64,000 nucleotides of DNA from Ferruginibacter sp. (GTDB lineage Bacteria; Bacteroidota; Bacteroidia; Chitinophagales; Chitinophagaceae). Shown piece by piece: positions 1 through 9,711 of this stretch; the stretch's first letter is position 1, and every line of letters begins with the position of its first letter. Below the pieces are notes generated by a model. That model was not told the origin of the DNA. It was given only the letters and a program-made list of their open reading frames with translations, and did not search any database. The translations under genes and the position numbers were made by a program. The stretch lies in NCBI GenBank assembly GCA_049840995.1, contig JASGIP010000002.1; one strand, 5' to 3'.

Positions 1-67
1 GGTTGGCTTTAACCGAATTTTAGCATAATTGTCGATAAATTTGTCGTCTAAACATTAAAATATCAAT

Positions 68-835
68 ATGAAAAAATTTACATTGATGGTATTGGCTGTT
101 GCAGCCGTTTCGTTTGCAAGTGCACAGGGCATTTTGAGCAAGATAAAAAAAGCCACTTCCAAAGACAGCAGTGGTAATATTTTATCGGGTGTTAATAAAA
201 CCATTTCAGGTGGTACAAGCGGCAAAGGGCTTACCAACGATGAGATCATCAGCGGTTTAAAAGAAGCATTGAGTATTGGCGCCGACAGCGCTTCAAAAAG
301 GCTGAATAAAACCGATGCCTTTTTTGCCAATGCGGCCATTAAAATATTAATGCCGGAAGAAGCCAAGAAAGCAGAAGCTACTTTGCGTAAAGCAGGCCTG
401 GGTTCGCTGGCGGATAAAGCGATCTTATCTATGAACAGGGCAGCAGAAGATGCAGCGGGCGGAATATCCAGCATTTTTATTGATGCGGTAAAACAAATGA
501 GTGTGACCGATGGTTTGAAAATATTACAGGGCGGCGACTTTGCTGCTACGGATTACCTGAAAGCCAACACCACCGCCAAGCTTACAGAAAAAATGCGCCC
601 GGTGATAGATGCATCGCTGGCTAAAGTAAATGCCACCAGCTACTGGAAAGAAGTATTTACAGCGTATAACAAATTGTCTTTCAGCAAAACACCTGTTAAT
701 ACCGATCTTTCAGCCTACGTTACCGAAAAAGCCATGAGTGGCATTTTCTACTCTATTGGCCAGGAAGAACAGAAGATACGTAAAGACCCTGCTGCACAGG
801 TTACTTCTTTATTAAAGAAAGTATTTGGAAAATAA
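68..835 (+). CDS. DUF4197 family exported protein
   Basis: Signal peptide (MKKFTLMVLAVAAVSFASA); DUF4197-type motifs GLKEALSIG, IKILMPEE, MNRAAE, YVTEKAMSGIFYSIGQEEQKIRKDP. Confidence 0.85.
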   Translation: MKKFTLMVLAVAAVSFASAQGILSKIKKATSKDSSGNILSGVNKTISGGTSGKGLTNDEIISGLKEALSIGADSASKRLNKTDAFFANAAIKILMPEEAKKAEATLRKAGLGSLADKAILSMNRAAEDAAGGISSIFIDAVKQMSVTDGLKILQGGDFAATDYLKANTTAKLTEKMRPVIDASLAKVNATSYWKEVFTAYNKLSFSKTPVNTDLSAYVTEKAMSGIFYSIGQEEQKIRKDPAAQVTSLLKKVFGK

Positions 836-877
836 TCACTTATCAATATATAACTGCAGGTTTACTGCAGTTTAAAT

Positions 878-909
878 AAAGCCGGAATTTATTTCCGGCT
901 TTGTTTTTG
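878..909 (+). terminator. Intrinsic terminator after the DUF4197 gene
   Basis: AAAGCCGGAA(878-887)/TTCCGGCTTT(893-902) stem followed by a T-rich tract. Confidence 0.7.
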
Positions 910-1024
910 ATGCAGGTATAAGGGAATGCCCGGTGGAAAAATGCCTGTTGCAAAAACAGATTATAATACTTAAATTTATAAGAGTTCTTTATTTCGCTAT
1001 TATCAATCATTTAAAACAAGCTAT

Positions 1025-1471
1025 ATGAATTATCTCCATCGCTTAGAGCTTTGGGGTGAAAGTCATCACTCCAAATGGCTTGATATTGTAAGAGTAGCAT
1101 TAGGTGCATTTATCTGCTACAAAGGCATCAGCTTTCTTGCCAACATGAGCACATTACTCGGGTTGCTCAGCAGTACCAATATGAATTCCGGATCTTTCGC
1201 CCTGCTTCTTTTGGGGCAATTTATTGTGATCGTTCATTTACTCGGCGGTTTTTTCATCATGATAGGCCTTCACACAAGGCTGGCCTGCCTTTCCCAGATA
1301 CCCATCCTTATCGGTGCAATTGTTTTACTTCGTGTATCCGGCAGTGGTAGCCTGGCATCCCAGGATATGGTAACAACAATAGTAGTATTGGCGCTGTTAC
1401 TGTTGTTCCTGGTAATGGGAAATGGCCCCTGGTCGTATGATAGAATGTTTGTGGAAGAAAAGAAGAGATAA
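1025..1471 (+). CDS. DoxX family membrane protein
   Basis: Four hydrophobic helices; RVALG near the N-terminus, GLHTRLA, and C-terminal GNGPWSYD typical of DoxX. Confidence 0.85.
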   Translation: MNYLHRLELWGESHHSKWLDIVRVALGAFICYKGISFLANMSTLLGLLSSTNMNSGSFALLLLGQFIVIVHLLGGFFIMIGLHTRLACLSQIPILIGAIVLLRVSGSGSLASQDMVTTIVVLALLLLFLVMGNGPWSYDRMFVEEKKR

Positions 1472-1507
1472 GTTCAATCAACACTTTATCTGACAACCAG
1501 TTGAATT

Positions 1508-1546
1508 AAAAAGATACCTGTGCTGTAAGCGCAGGTATCTTTTTTT
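1508..1546. terminator. Bidirectional terminator between convergent doxX and TonB receptor genes
   Basis: AAAAAGATACCTG(1508-1520)...CAGGTATCTTTTT(1532-1544) with A and T tracts on either side. Confidence 0.8.
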
Positions 1547-1549
1547 ATG

Positions 1550-4186
1550 TTACTTCAATTTAAATCTCCATCCTGCATACAGCATGCGGCCGGTTACAGG
1601 GCCCCATACCATCGATGCATCAAATGATGTGCTGAAGGGTTGATCCGCAGCAACAATCACATTTTTCTGAATAAAACCGGTGAGGTTCTCGCTGCCGATA
1701 TAAAAGTCCATAGGGTGCTTTTTACCAACGGTCTTACTTACCTGTGCATTCATCAATACATAAGAAGGGGAGTAAGCCGGTAGCTGGTATTGTGCCGGGC
1801 TGGATTGTGTATTGGGGATCCTTTTGCTGCCATTGTAAGTAATGGTGTAATCCAGTTTCCAGCCGCTGATACTATAAGCCAGGTTGGCAAATGCACGGTG
1901 CGGCGCCACCAATGGGCGTTGCAATAACTGGTTGCCATAAGTGGTCTTTACATCAAAATAGCGATAGGCCAGTCTTGCTTCCAGTTTATTAAACGGTTCA
2001 AAATTTATTTCGGCCTGTGCGCTGTTGGAATAAGATCTTCCGCTGAGGTTATAAAACTTTACCTGTGTGGGATCTTCCAGGTCCACCACCACCTGTTTAT
2101 TGAAATCATTCCTGAAAAAATCCACGCTCAGCAGCGCATCCCGCTGAAATAATTTGAACTTCTGATCAATGCTGATCCCTTTGTTCCAGGCCACTTCTGC
2201 ATCCAAACCATAAGCGAGGCCCGTTTTATTAGTAATGATATTTACCTGGCGGGAACTTACAAACACGCTCATATTCTCTGCCAGGATATTGGCAGTACGC
2301 TGGCCACGGCCTGCACTGATCCTGATGGTGGTGCCCTTTACAGGTTCGTAACGTACATGCACACGGGGCGTTGCAAAAAAGCCGTACAGGTTATTGTGAT
2401 CACCGCGGATGCCCGCTATCACACTGAATTTGGTATTGGGTGTGTAAGTATATTCAAAAAAAGCGCCGGGTACTTTTTCATTGCGTGTATACTGTACCGT
2501 TTTAAAGTCCTCATCGTACTTATCCATTAAAAAACTAAAACCTGTTCTGAACTTATGCTGCGTGTTATTGATAATGGATTGATAAATAAGATTGGCATAA
2601 AAATTCTTTTGCTCTGCATTGTAAGTTGTTAATCCAAAATAAGAATCCTGCTGGTGGTCGATAGCAGATAACTGCAAACCGATACTTTTGTACTTCTTTT
2701 CCGGGAATACATAGCCGATCTTTGCAAATGCTTCGTAGCGTTGCGTGTTGATACCAAGGCCATATTTACTGGTACTCTGCCGGTCTTTGGCAGGATCAAA
2801 ATCCGTTTGCCCGCCGGTTCTTTTATCCGTAAGCACTTTTACACCAAACTGTGTGAGAAATCCTTTGCCATCATCATATTTCCAGCGGTTGATGAGATTG
2901 AACTGGTTGCCGGTGGGCAGATCACGAAAACCATCTTTATTAAAATCAAGCTTGTTGTTGCTTAAAAAATCATCGTGCAGCAATAAACCGGTGGACCATT
3001 TTTTCCCGATCTTTTTTGCGAGGTTGAGATTAAGATCTGTCTTGCCAAAATCGTTTACATATACGTTGGCAAATAATGATTCACTGTTCTCCGGTTTTTT
3101 TAATTCCACGTTCACCTGGCCGGCAATGCTTTCGTAACCATTGGCAACGGAGCCAATACCTTTTGTAAGTTGAATCGATTCCACCCAGGGGCCTGCAATA
3201 GAATTCAATCCCAGTGGCGTTGCAATGCCCCTGGGGCCGGGCAAATTCTCAACGGTGAGTTGTGTATAATTGCCATTTAAACCCAGTAACTGTATTTGCT
3301 TAGATCCGGTAACAGCATCGTTATACGATACATCCACCGAAGGATTCGTTTCAAAACTTTCGCTGAGGTTACAGCATGCCGCTTTGAACAATTCCTTATC
3401 GGTCATCACCTGTGTACGGATGGGATTGACTGCAGAAAGATAAGTGGAGCGCTGTTTGGATACCACGGTTACTTCTTTCAGCTGATGGTTGGCAGCTAAA
3501 ATGATCTTCAGTTCATTCATATCGGTTACAGTTACGGTATCGGGCCTGTACCCTGTATAACTGATGATGAGCCTGCTGTTCACGCCATCATGCGGTATCA
3601 AAAAAACACCGTTGCTGTCCGTTGAAACACCTTTGCCCGAATGCAGCCACATAATGCTGGCGCCTGTTAATGGCGTAAAGGCTCCTTTTTTTCCTGTTTC
3701 CAGTACCACGCCTTTTATCACATGCACTATATCAATGTTTTTATCGACAATATCAGGTACATTCTTTTCGATCACACTGTCTTTTTGAAATAACTGCAAG
3801 GTATCTGTATTACTCTCGTGCAACATCTTGTCCATCTCCCTGTAATGACAGCAGGAAGGCAAGGCATTGTACACATTATCATTTGCTTTTTTGGTATCGA
3901 TATCATGCCCTGCAGCAACAATACGGTTCTGTATCTTTTCAAGCGAAACCTGCGCAGGATTGTAAGTAAGGTTTAATAATTTACTGTCGATATCCCAATT
4001 GGCTTTTTTAATGCCTTTTATTTTTAACACGCCTTCAATGCGCTGCTTGCATTGCTCGCAGGCGCCATGCACCATAAAGCTGATGCTGGTATCTTTTGCC
4101 ATTGGTTTGCTGACCTGTGCAAAAGATGGCCCTGCTGCAAAAACAAACAACAGCAGTATAAAATATGGTATCATTTTCATCTTCAT
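1550..4186 (-). CDS. TonB-dependent receptor with N-terminal heavy-metal-associated (HMA) domain
   Basis: Signal peptide; HMA GACEQC motif and LPSCCHY; carboxypeptidase-like domain; plug AACCNLSESFETNPSVDV; barrel ending YAGWRFKLK. Confidence 0.9.
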   Translation of the reverse strand: MKMKMIPYFILLLFVFAAGPSFAQVSKPMAKDTSISFMVHGACEQCKQRIEGVLKIKGIKKANWDIDSKLLNLTYNPAQVSLEKIQNRIVAAGHDIDTKKANDNVYNALPSCCHYREMDKMLHESNTDTLQLFQKDSVIEKNVPDIVDKNIDIVHVIKGVVLETGKKGAFTPLTGASIMWLHSGKGVSTDSNGVFLIPHDGVNSRLIISYTGYRPDTVTVTDMNELKIILAANHQLKEVTVVSKQRSTYLSAVNPIRTQVMTDKELFKAACCNLSESFETNPSVDVSYNDAVTGSKQIQLLGLNGNYTQLTVENLPGPRGIATPLGLNSIAGPWVESIQLTKGIGSVANGYESIAGQVNVELKKPENSESLFANVYVNDFGKTDLNLNLAKKIGKKWSTGLLLHDDFLSNNKLDFNKDGFRDLPTGNQFNLINRWKYDDGKGFLTQFGVKVLTDKRTGGQTDFDPAKDRQSTSKYGLGINTQRYEAFAKIGYVFPEKKYKSIGLQLSAIDHQQDSYFGLTTYNAEQKNFYANLIYQSIINNTQHKFRTGFSFLMDKYDEDFKTVQYTRNEKVPGAFFEYTYTPNTKFSVIAGIRGDHNNLYGFFATPRVHVRYEPVKGTTIRISAGRGQRTANILAENMSVFVSSRQVNIITNKTGLAYGLDAEVAWNKGISIDQKFKLFQRDALLSVDFFRNDFNKQVVVDLEDPTQVKFYNLSGRSYSNSAQAEINFEPFNKLEARLAYRYFDVKTTYGNQLLQRPLVAPHRAFANLAYSISGWKLDYTITYNGSKRIPNTQSSPAQYQLPAYSPSYVLMNAQVSKTVGKKHPMDFYIGSENLTGFIQKNVIVAADQPFSTSFDASMVWGPVTGRMLYAGWRFKLK

Positions 4187-4233
4187 AAAATTTTAAAAGG
4201 TACCGGTACGTTTAACATACCGGTACCGGGCCA

Positions 4234-4635
4234 TCAACTTTTTTCTTTTTTCACTTTCACCAGTTCCATACCGCATTTAGGACATTTACCGGGCTTATCG
4301 CTGGTGACATCCGGGTGCATAGAACAGGTATAGCTCTTTGTTTTTTCTTTTTTCACTTTTACCAGGTCCATGCCGCACTTAGAACATTTACCAGGCTCGT
4401 TGCTGGTAACTTCGGGGTGCATTGGACAGGCGTATATTTTTTCTTTTTTTGCCTTTACCAGGTCCATACCGCATTTGGAACATTTACCGGACTTATCGCT
4501 GGTAACTTCCGGGTGCATGGGACAGCTGTATTTTGCTTTTTGAGCAACAGCAGCAGTAGCAGGTTTTTTGTCGTTTTGTGCAAACAGTACGGTGCCTGTG
4601 ATCAGCGCAAACGCAAGGATGATCATTTTTTTCAT
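4234..4635 (-). CDS. Periplasmic protein with three heavy-metal-binding domain (HMBD) repeats
   Basis: Signal peptide then three Y-x-C-[PS]-M-H-P-x-V-T-S-x-x-[PS]-G-K-C-x-K-C-G-M repeats, also visible as near-tandem DNA repeats. Confidence 0.9.
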   Translation of the reverse strand: MKKMIILAFALITGTVLFAQNDKKPATAAVAQKAKYSCPMHPEVTSDKSGKCSKCGMDLVKAKKEKIYACPMHPEVTSNEPGKCSKCGMDLVKVKKEKTKSYTCSMHPDVTSDKPGKCPKCGMELVKVKKEKS

Positions 4636-4794
4636 TGTTGATTGTATTTTATGATGATGAAATGTTGCTCTCTAAGGTCAATATCAATTAACAGCTATGC
4701 AACATTGACTGTTACAAAAAATTAATTACTGTATTGAAAATTGACGGGTGGCTGTATATAACAGCGGGAGCGGAGCGCTCCGATAAGAGAAGGA

Positions 4795-5181
4795 TCAGAT
4801 GCGGTAAACGCAATTCATTATATAAACGGGAACAGTTCGATCTGGTGGTGCATGGCTGGTGTTGGCCAATACAACCGTTTCAGTTACCGGTACTGTAAAA
4901 CTAAACGCAGTTACAGGTATATCCAGCTCGCTGAAATGTTTTGTAAAAGCGACGCTGCCTGCATCCGTATTTACATGGCTGTCCTTTAATTTTAAGGTCT
5001 TGAATTTTGTTTTGCAGCAGCCTTTCATTGCAGCGGAGTTGCTGCATTTTTCTTTTGCTTCCTGCACCAGTGTAAGACTGGTGGATTTTAATTTACCACA
5101 GCAATAAAATTGCTTTACGCCAATGCCCAATACAGAAAGGGCATATACGGAAAGAAATAATATGGCGGCAATTTTTTTCAT
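4795..5181 (-). CDS. HYC_CC_PP family protein
   Basis: FYCCG, GCCK, HAPP and C-terminal PVYIMNCVYRI; sits upstream of a metal TonB receptor as usual for the family. Confidence 0.85.
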   Translation of the reverse strand: MKKIAAILFLSVYALSVLGIGVKQFYCCGKLKSTSLTLVQEAKEKCSNSAAMKGCCKTKFKTLKLKDSHVNTDAGSVAFTKHFSELDIPVTAFSFTVPVTETVVLANTSHAPPDRTVPVYIMNCVYRI

Positions 5182-5253
5182 TACTTATTGTAAAGATACA
5201 ATTATTGTGGCATCCCGGTTTTATAATTATGTGAAATTAACAGGACGCGGCCA

Positions 5254-6225
5254 TTATTTTTTCTGAAGCGCCCATATATCATTACTGTAAATGAACTCCG
5301 TATGATCCGGCGTGCCGCCATATTTTCCACCGGTGATGTATATTTTATTATTGAACACGGTGGCTGCAATGCCGCCTCTTGGCGACCAGGGAGCGCTTTG
5401 CCCCAACCAGTTCTTACCATCTTCACTTACCAGCACCTGGCTATTAAAACTGCCATTGCGGTTGCAACCCAACAGCCATATCCTGTTATCGTATACCACT
5501 GGCGTGTAGCCCACCAACCGTTCTCCTTTTGCAATTTCAGGTGTTACCTGCTGCCAGTTCAATCCATCTGTTGAACTCCACACATCATTATCGAGTAAAA
5601 ATAATTTTCCTTTAAAAACAACTACCTGTGCGCCGCTTTTTGCCCCCATAGGAATAGTATCTTTTTGTTTTAACCAGTTCACAGCATCTGTGGAATTCCA
5701 TATATCGGCATATTTTGTTGTTTTATCTTCTCCACTAATGATCCATATTTTATGATCAAATACAAAAGGATGATAGAAGAAACGATTGGGTAAATTACTT
5801 TGGGAAGAAATGATCGCCCATTGTTTAAGATCAGTGCTTTTATATATTTCCGGTTTAAAACTGAACTGTTCAATATTGCCTTCAAAATGACCGAGGCCAT
5901 ACATTGCATCGCTGAAATAAATATAATCGAGGAAGGCAAGGTTGTCAATAGCATTGGGCAAGGGCGACTTTATCCAGTTCTTTCCATCAACCGAGTACCA
6001 GTTGCCATCCGGGTGAAACACCCATGCGGTATCATGTACCGTGAACATTTGAAAATTATAACTCTTTTTCCAGGGAGCGCTGTCGGTGATCTTTACCCAT
6101 TGATAAGTGGAGTCAAGGATATTTTTTTCAACGTTTGATACAGGCGTATCTTTTTTATCATTGCTGCCGGCGCATGCAGCAAAACATAACAGTAGTATCG
6201 CAAAGGAATACCGCATCATAAACAT
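5254..6225 (-). CDS. Lipoprotein with Kelch-like beta-propeller repeats
   Basis: Lipobox-like FAACAG; repeated WSSxDGxNW and VFxNKI[WY]xxGG units. Confidence 0.65.
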   Translation of the reverse strand: MFMMRYSFAILLLCFAACAGSNDKKDTPVSNVEKNILDSTYQWVKITDSAPWKKSYNFQMFTVHDTAWVFHPDGNWYSVDGKNWIKSPLPNAIDNLAFLDYIYFSDAMYGLGHFEGNIEQFSFKPEIYKSTDLKQWAIISSQSNLPNRFFYHPFVFDHKIWIISGEDKTTKYADIWNSTDAVNWLKQKDTIPMGAKSGAQVVVFKGKLFLLDNDVWSSTDGLNWQQVTPEIAKGERLVGYTPVVYDNRIWLLGCNRNGSFNSQVLVSEDGKNWLGQSAPWSPRGGIAATVFNNKIYITGGKYGGTPDHTEFIYSNDIWALQKK

Positions 6226-6257
6226 GGGTTTAGTTAATGGTCTTATCCCGTGGTATC

Positions 6258-6626
6258 TCAGGCGCTTTCAATCTGCTGACCGAACTGCAGCATGTAACCG
6301 TTATTATCATAAATAGCAAATTCTCTCATCTGCCATTCAAAATTATCTATTGCATACACCACGCTTACTTTATCTTTCAGTGATTGCCATAATTCATCTA
6401 CCGCATTGGTGCGGATGTAAAAGGAACCCGTGAACGTGGGTTGACTGAAAGGAATATGTGCATTGGGTTTGGCGAGCATGATCTCCACCTCATCTTTATG
6501 CAGCGATGCCCATCCCCATTCTTCATTTCTTTCTGCACAGGTAAAACCCAGTATGCCTGTGTAAAAATCAATGGTCTCCTGCAAAGCATTGGTGTATAAC
6601 ATCGGGTGCAGTGCTGTAAATTTCAT
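6258..6626 (-). CDS. VOC (glyoxalase/bleomycin resistance) family protein
   Basis: TIDFYTGILGF and WQMREFAIYDNNGYMLQFGQ motifs. Confidence 0.85.
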   Translation of the reverse strand: MKFTALHPMLYTNALQETIDFYTGILGFTCAERNEEWGWASLHKDEVEIMLAKPNAHIPFSQPTFTGSFYIRTNAVDELWQSLKDKVSVVYAIDNFEWQMREFAIYDNNGYMLQFGQQIESA

Positions 6627-6638
6627 ATTGCTGTTGGG

Positions 6639-7091
6639 TTAAATTTCTTTTGTGTAAACATTTTTGTTATGAAATTCCATCCATCTATCCGGTGCAGCAA
6701 TGTCCTTCCATCCAAACTGGCGGTATAAGCCATGTGCATCGCCGGTGAGCAATATCCATCTTCTCAAACCCTGTAAGGACGGGTGTTGCATCACTTCTTC
6801 CATCAGCCATTTGGAAAGCCCGTTACCACGGAATGCAGGTAATACATATACATCACCCAGGTAAGCAATGGTGGCATAATCCGAAATGATCCTTGCATAT
6901 CCTACCTGTTGTTCTTTATAAAACACGCCAAAGTTCAGCGAATTTTCTGCCGCATTTTTTACTGTTTCAAAAGGAATGTTCTTACTCCAGTAAGCTTCCT
7001 TACTAAGAAACTGATGAATGGCCTGCAGGTCCATTTTAGTTTTATCTGTTGTCAACCAGAAATCGCCACGCTGCACTGTAATACTGTCCAT
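6639..7091 (-). CDS. GNAT family N-acetyltransferase
   Basis: YLGDVYVLPAFRGNGLSKWL acetyl-CoA motif A; DAHGLYRQFGW. Confidence 0.9.
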   Translation of the reverse strand: MDSITVQRGDFWLTTDKTKMDLQAIHQFLSKEAYWSKNIPFETVKNAAENSLNFGVFYKEQQVGYARIISDYATIAYLGDVYVLPAFRGNGLSKWLMEEVMQHPSLQGLRRWILLTGDAHGLYRQFGWKDIAAPDRWMEFHNKNVYTKEI

Positions 7092-7144
7092 GCTTTGTAA
7101 GATTAATTTGCTCCTTACAAATTTAAACAGATTTGTTTTGAATG

Positions 7145-8389
7145 TTACGCTTCATATTTTTTAAAAATGGTGGTGGCAATATGCCCGCCGAAACCAAACG
7201 TATTGCTCATGGCGTAATTTACTTTTTTGCTTACGGCCTTGCCTAATGTAAGATCAAATACATTTTCAAATTCCGGTTCTACATGGGTGGTATTGATTGT
7301 AGGAGGGATGAGGTCTTCCTGCACAGCCTTGATACAGGCAATGGCTTCCACAGCGCCTGCTGCGCCGAGTAAATGACCTGTCATGGATTTGGTAGCGCTG
7401 ATGTTCAATGCGCTGTTCTTTCCAAAAACCCTTTCTGCCGCTCTCAATTCGCTGGTATCACCTTGCGCTGTAGAGGTGGCATGTGTATTCAGGTAATCAA
7501 TATCCGCAGGTACAAGTCCGGCATCTTCCAGTGCCGCCAGCATGCCCAGGTAAGCGCCTTCGCCTTCGGGATGTGTGCCGGTAAGATGATAGGCATCCGC
7601 TGCCATGCCTCCGCCCACGATCTCTGCATAGATCACGGCGCCTCTTTTTTGTGCATGTTCCAGTTCTTCTAAAATAATTGCACCGGCGCCTTCGCCCATT
7701 ACAAAGCCATCACGACTTACATCAAATGGTCTTGAAGCAGTTTCGGGGCTGTCGTTCAAAGTAGACAGTGCTTTACTGGCGCCAAAACCACCTACTGCTG
7801 TTTCGCATACCGGCGCTTCGGAACCACCGGTGATGATCATGTCTGCTTTGTTCCATTTAATATAATTGAACGCATCGATGATGGCCGTATTGGAAGTGGC
7901 GCATGCGGATACAGTGGTAAAGTTGATGCCCCGCAACCCGTATTTGATAGAGATGATGCCCGATGCAATATCCACGATCATCTTGGGTATGAAATAAGGA
8001 TTGAACCGTGGCGTACCATCGCCCTGCAGAAATTCTGTTACCTGCTGCTGAAAAGTTTGTATACCACCATTGCCCGAACCCCAGATAACACCGATGCGGT
8101 TGCGGTTGAGTTGTTCAAAATCGATGCCGGCATTTTGTACGGCTTCTGCAGTGGCCGCCAGCGCATATTGTGTGTACAGGTCGTATTTTCTTACTTCGGC
8201 CTTTTCAAAATACTGCAAAGGATCAAAGTGCTTTACCTCGCAGGCAAACCTTGTTTTAAATTTTGATGCATCAAATTTTGTGATAGCTGCAGCGCCGCTT
8301 ACACCATTGGTAAGCGAAGCCCAGAAATCATTTACATTGTTACCGATGGGCGTTAATGCACCCATGCCGGTTACTACTACACGTCTCAT
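7145..8389 (-). CDS. fabF: Beta-ketoacyl-ACP synthase II
   Basis: RRVVVTGMG; catalytic Cys in SACATS; His in NTHATST and GHLLGAAG; NTFGFGG. Confidence 0.93.
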   Translation of the reverse strand: MRRVVVTGMGALTPIGNNVNDFWASLTNGVSGAAAITKFDASKFKTRFACEVKHFDPLQYFEKAEVRKYDLYTQYALAATAEAVQNAGIDFEQLNRNRIGVIWGSGNGGIQTFQQQVTEFLQGDGTPRFNPYFIPKMIVDIASGIISIKYGLRGINFTTVSACATSNTAIIDAFNYIKWNKADMIITGGSEAPVCETAVGGFGASKALSTLNDSPETASRPFDVSRDGFVMGEGAGAIILEELEHAQKRGAVIYAEIVGGGMAADAYHLTGTHPEGEGAYLGMLAALEDAGLVPADIDYLNTHATSTAQGDTSELRAAERVFGKNSALNISATKSMTGHLLGAAGAVEAIACIKAVQEDLIPPTINTTHVEPEFENVFDLTLGKAVSKKVNYAMSNTFGFGGHIATTIFKKYEA

Positions 8390-8943
8390 TGTTTATTTTT
8401 TAATTCTTTAATAATTGTTTCTTTTACCAGCTTAAAATCTTTTTCGCCGGTAAGCCTGGTAAGCTGCAGTGCCGCCAGCATATTGGTGATCACCAGCAAT
8501 GCCCTTGTGCGGGCGCTGGTATCAAAATGAAATATTTTTTTGTTGCGGCCTTCTTCCAGTATGCCGGTTACCCAGTGCAGTATTTTTTCCACCAGCAGTT
8601 TTAATTCCTGCTGTATGCTGCCATCCACGCTGTGCAGGTCGGTGGCCAGCGAGCCTACAATGCACACTTTATTCTCGGCCTTTGTATAAGTATAAATAGA
8701 AAGAAAGGCCTGCAGTTTTACCAGCGGGTCTTTGGCGGCGGTCTTTTGCATCAGCTCATCCACCAGGCGACTGTGCTGCTGCACCACTGCAATAGCCAGC
8801 GCCGTTTTAGTAGGGAAGTGGTAGTGCACCGAAGCATTTTTAATGCCCAGCGCTTTCGATACATCATAAAAACTAAAGGCATTAAAACCCCTGTCCCTGA
8901 TCAGTTCATCACCCACTTTTATAATGGCATCCCTGGTATTCAT
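8386..8943 (-). CDS. TetR/AcrR family transcriptional regulator
   Basis: RGFNAFSFYDVSKALGIKNASVHYHFPTK HTH; 4-nt overlap with fabF. Confidence 0.92.
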   Translation of the reverse strand: MNTRDAIIKVGDELIRDRGFNAFSFYDVSKALGIKNASVHYHFPTKTALAIAVVQQHSRLVDELMQKTAAKDPLVKLQAFLSIYTYTKAENKVCIVGSLATDLHSVDGSIQQELKLLVEKILHWVTGILEEGRNKKIFHFDTSARTRALLVITNMLAALQLTRLTGEKDFKLVKETIIKELKNKQ

Positions 8944-8956
8944 AGTGCAAATTTAC

Positions 8957-8970
8957 CTACCTACTGGTAG
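8957..8970. promoter_or_regulatory. Candidate TetR operator 1 (TACC-N4-GGTA)
   Basis: CTACC-TACT-GGTAG just upstream of the minus-strand tetR. Confidence 0.5.
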
Positions 8971-9030
8971 ATAGACAAATATTTTACAGCAACGGTAAAA
9001 ATGGCTGTGGATAACTTTTGTTGCAAAATA

Positions 9031-9044
9031 ATACCGAACGGTAT
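9031..9044. promoter_or_regulatory. Candidate TetR operator 2
   Basis: ATACCG-AA-CGGTAT palindrome upstream of the plus-strand tetR. Confidence 0.7.
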
Positions 9045-9071
9045 ATTTTTGTGCTGTAATTGATTATTAAC

Positions 9072-9659
9072 ATGACCAAGGCAGAACAGACAAGGGCTTT
9101 TATCATTGAAAAAACGGCGCCGCTTTTTAATACCAAGGGGTATGAGGGCACGTCTATGTCGGATATGACGGCTGCTACGGGCTTGACCAAGGGCAGCATC
9201 TACGGCAATTTTGCCAATAAGGATGAAGTGGCGCTGGCTGTGTTCGATCATAATTTACAGAAGGTAGAGAACATCATCCGCTCCGAAATGGCGCAGTACG
9301 AAACAGCTAAGGAAAAGCTGCTGGTATATATTGATGTGTATGAGAATTTCCTGCATTATCCTTTTCCTGAGGGCGGTTGCCCGATATTAAATACGGCAGT
9401 GGAAGCAGATGATACCCATCCTGCACTTAAAAAGAAAGCGGCGGCGGCCATCAACGGCTGGAAGAACAAAATAGTGCAGCTGATAGAGAAAGGCGTGGAA
9501 GCAAAAGAATTCTGTAAAGGCGTGGATGCAGAGCAAACCGCTATTACTATGATCGCAGCCATCGAGGGCGCCATCATGCTGGCCAAGCTTACCGGCAAAC
9601 TGCATTACCGCAGCGCCGTAATGCAGCATGTTAAAAATATGATCAATAACCTGGAGTAA
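9072..9659 (+). CDS. TetR/AcrR family transcriptional regulator
   Basis: KGYEGTSMSDMTAATGLTKGSIYGNFANK HTH and GGCPILNTAVEADD; ATG at 9072 preferred to the TTG at 9060. Confidence 0.92.
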   Translation: MTKAEQTRAFIIEKTAPLFNTKGYEGTSMSDMTAATGLTKGSIYGNFANKDEVALAVFDHNLQKVENIIRSEMAQYETAKEKLLVYIDVYENFLHYPFPEGGCPILNTAVEADDTHPALKKKAAAAINGWKNKIVQLIEKGVEAKEFCKGVDAEQTAITMIAAIEGAIMLAKLTGKLHYRSAVMQHVKNMINNLE

Positions 9660-9672
9660 TTTTTTTTCACTA

Positions 9673-9696
9673 AAAATATACCGAACGGTATATTTT
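9673..9696. promoter_or_regulatory. Candidate TetR operator 3
   Basis: Perfect 11-bp arms AAAATATACCG-AA-CGGTATATTTT ending 15 nt before the SDR start. Confidence 0.75.
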
Positions 9697-9711
9697 ATAA
9701 ACTATCATAAA

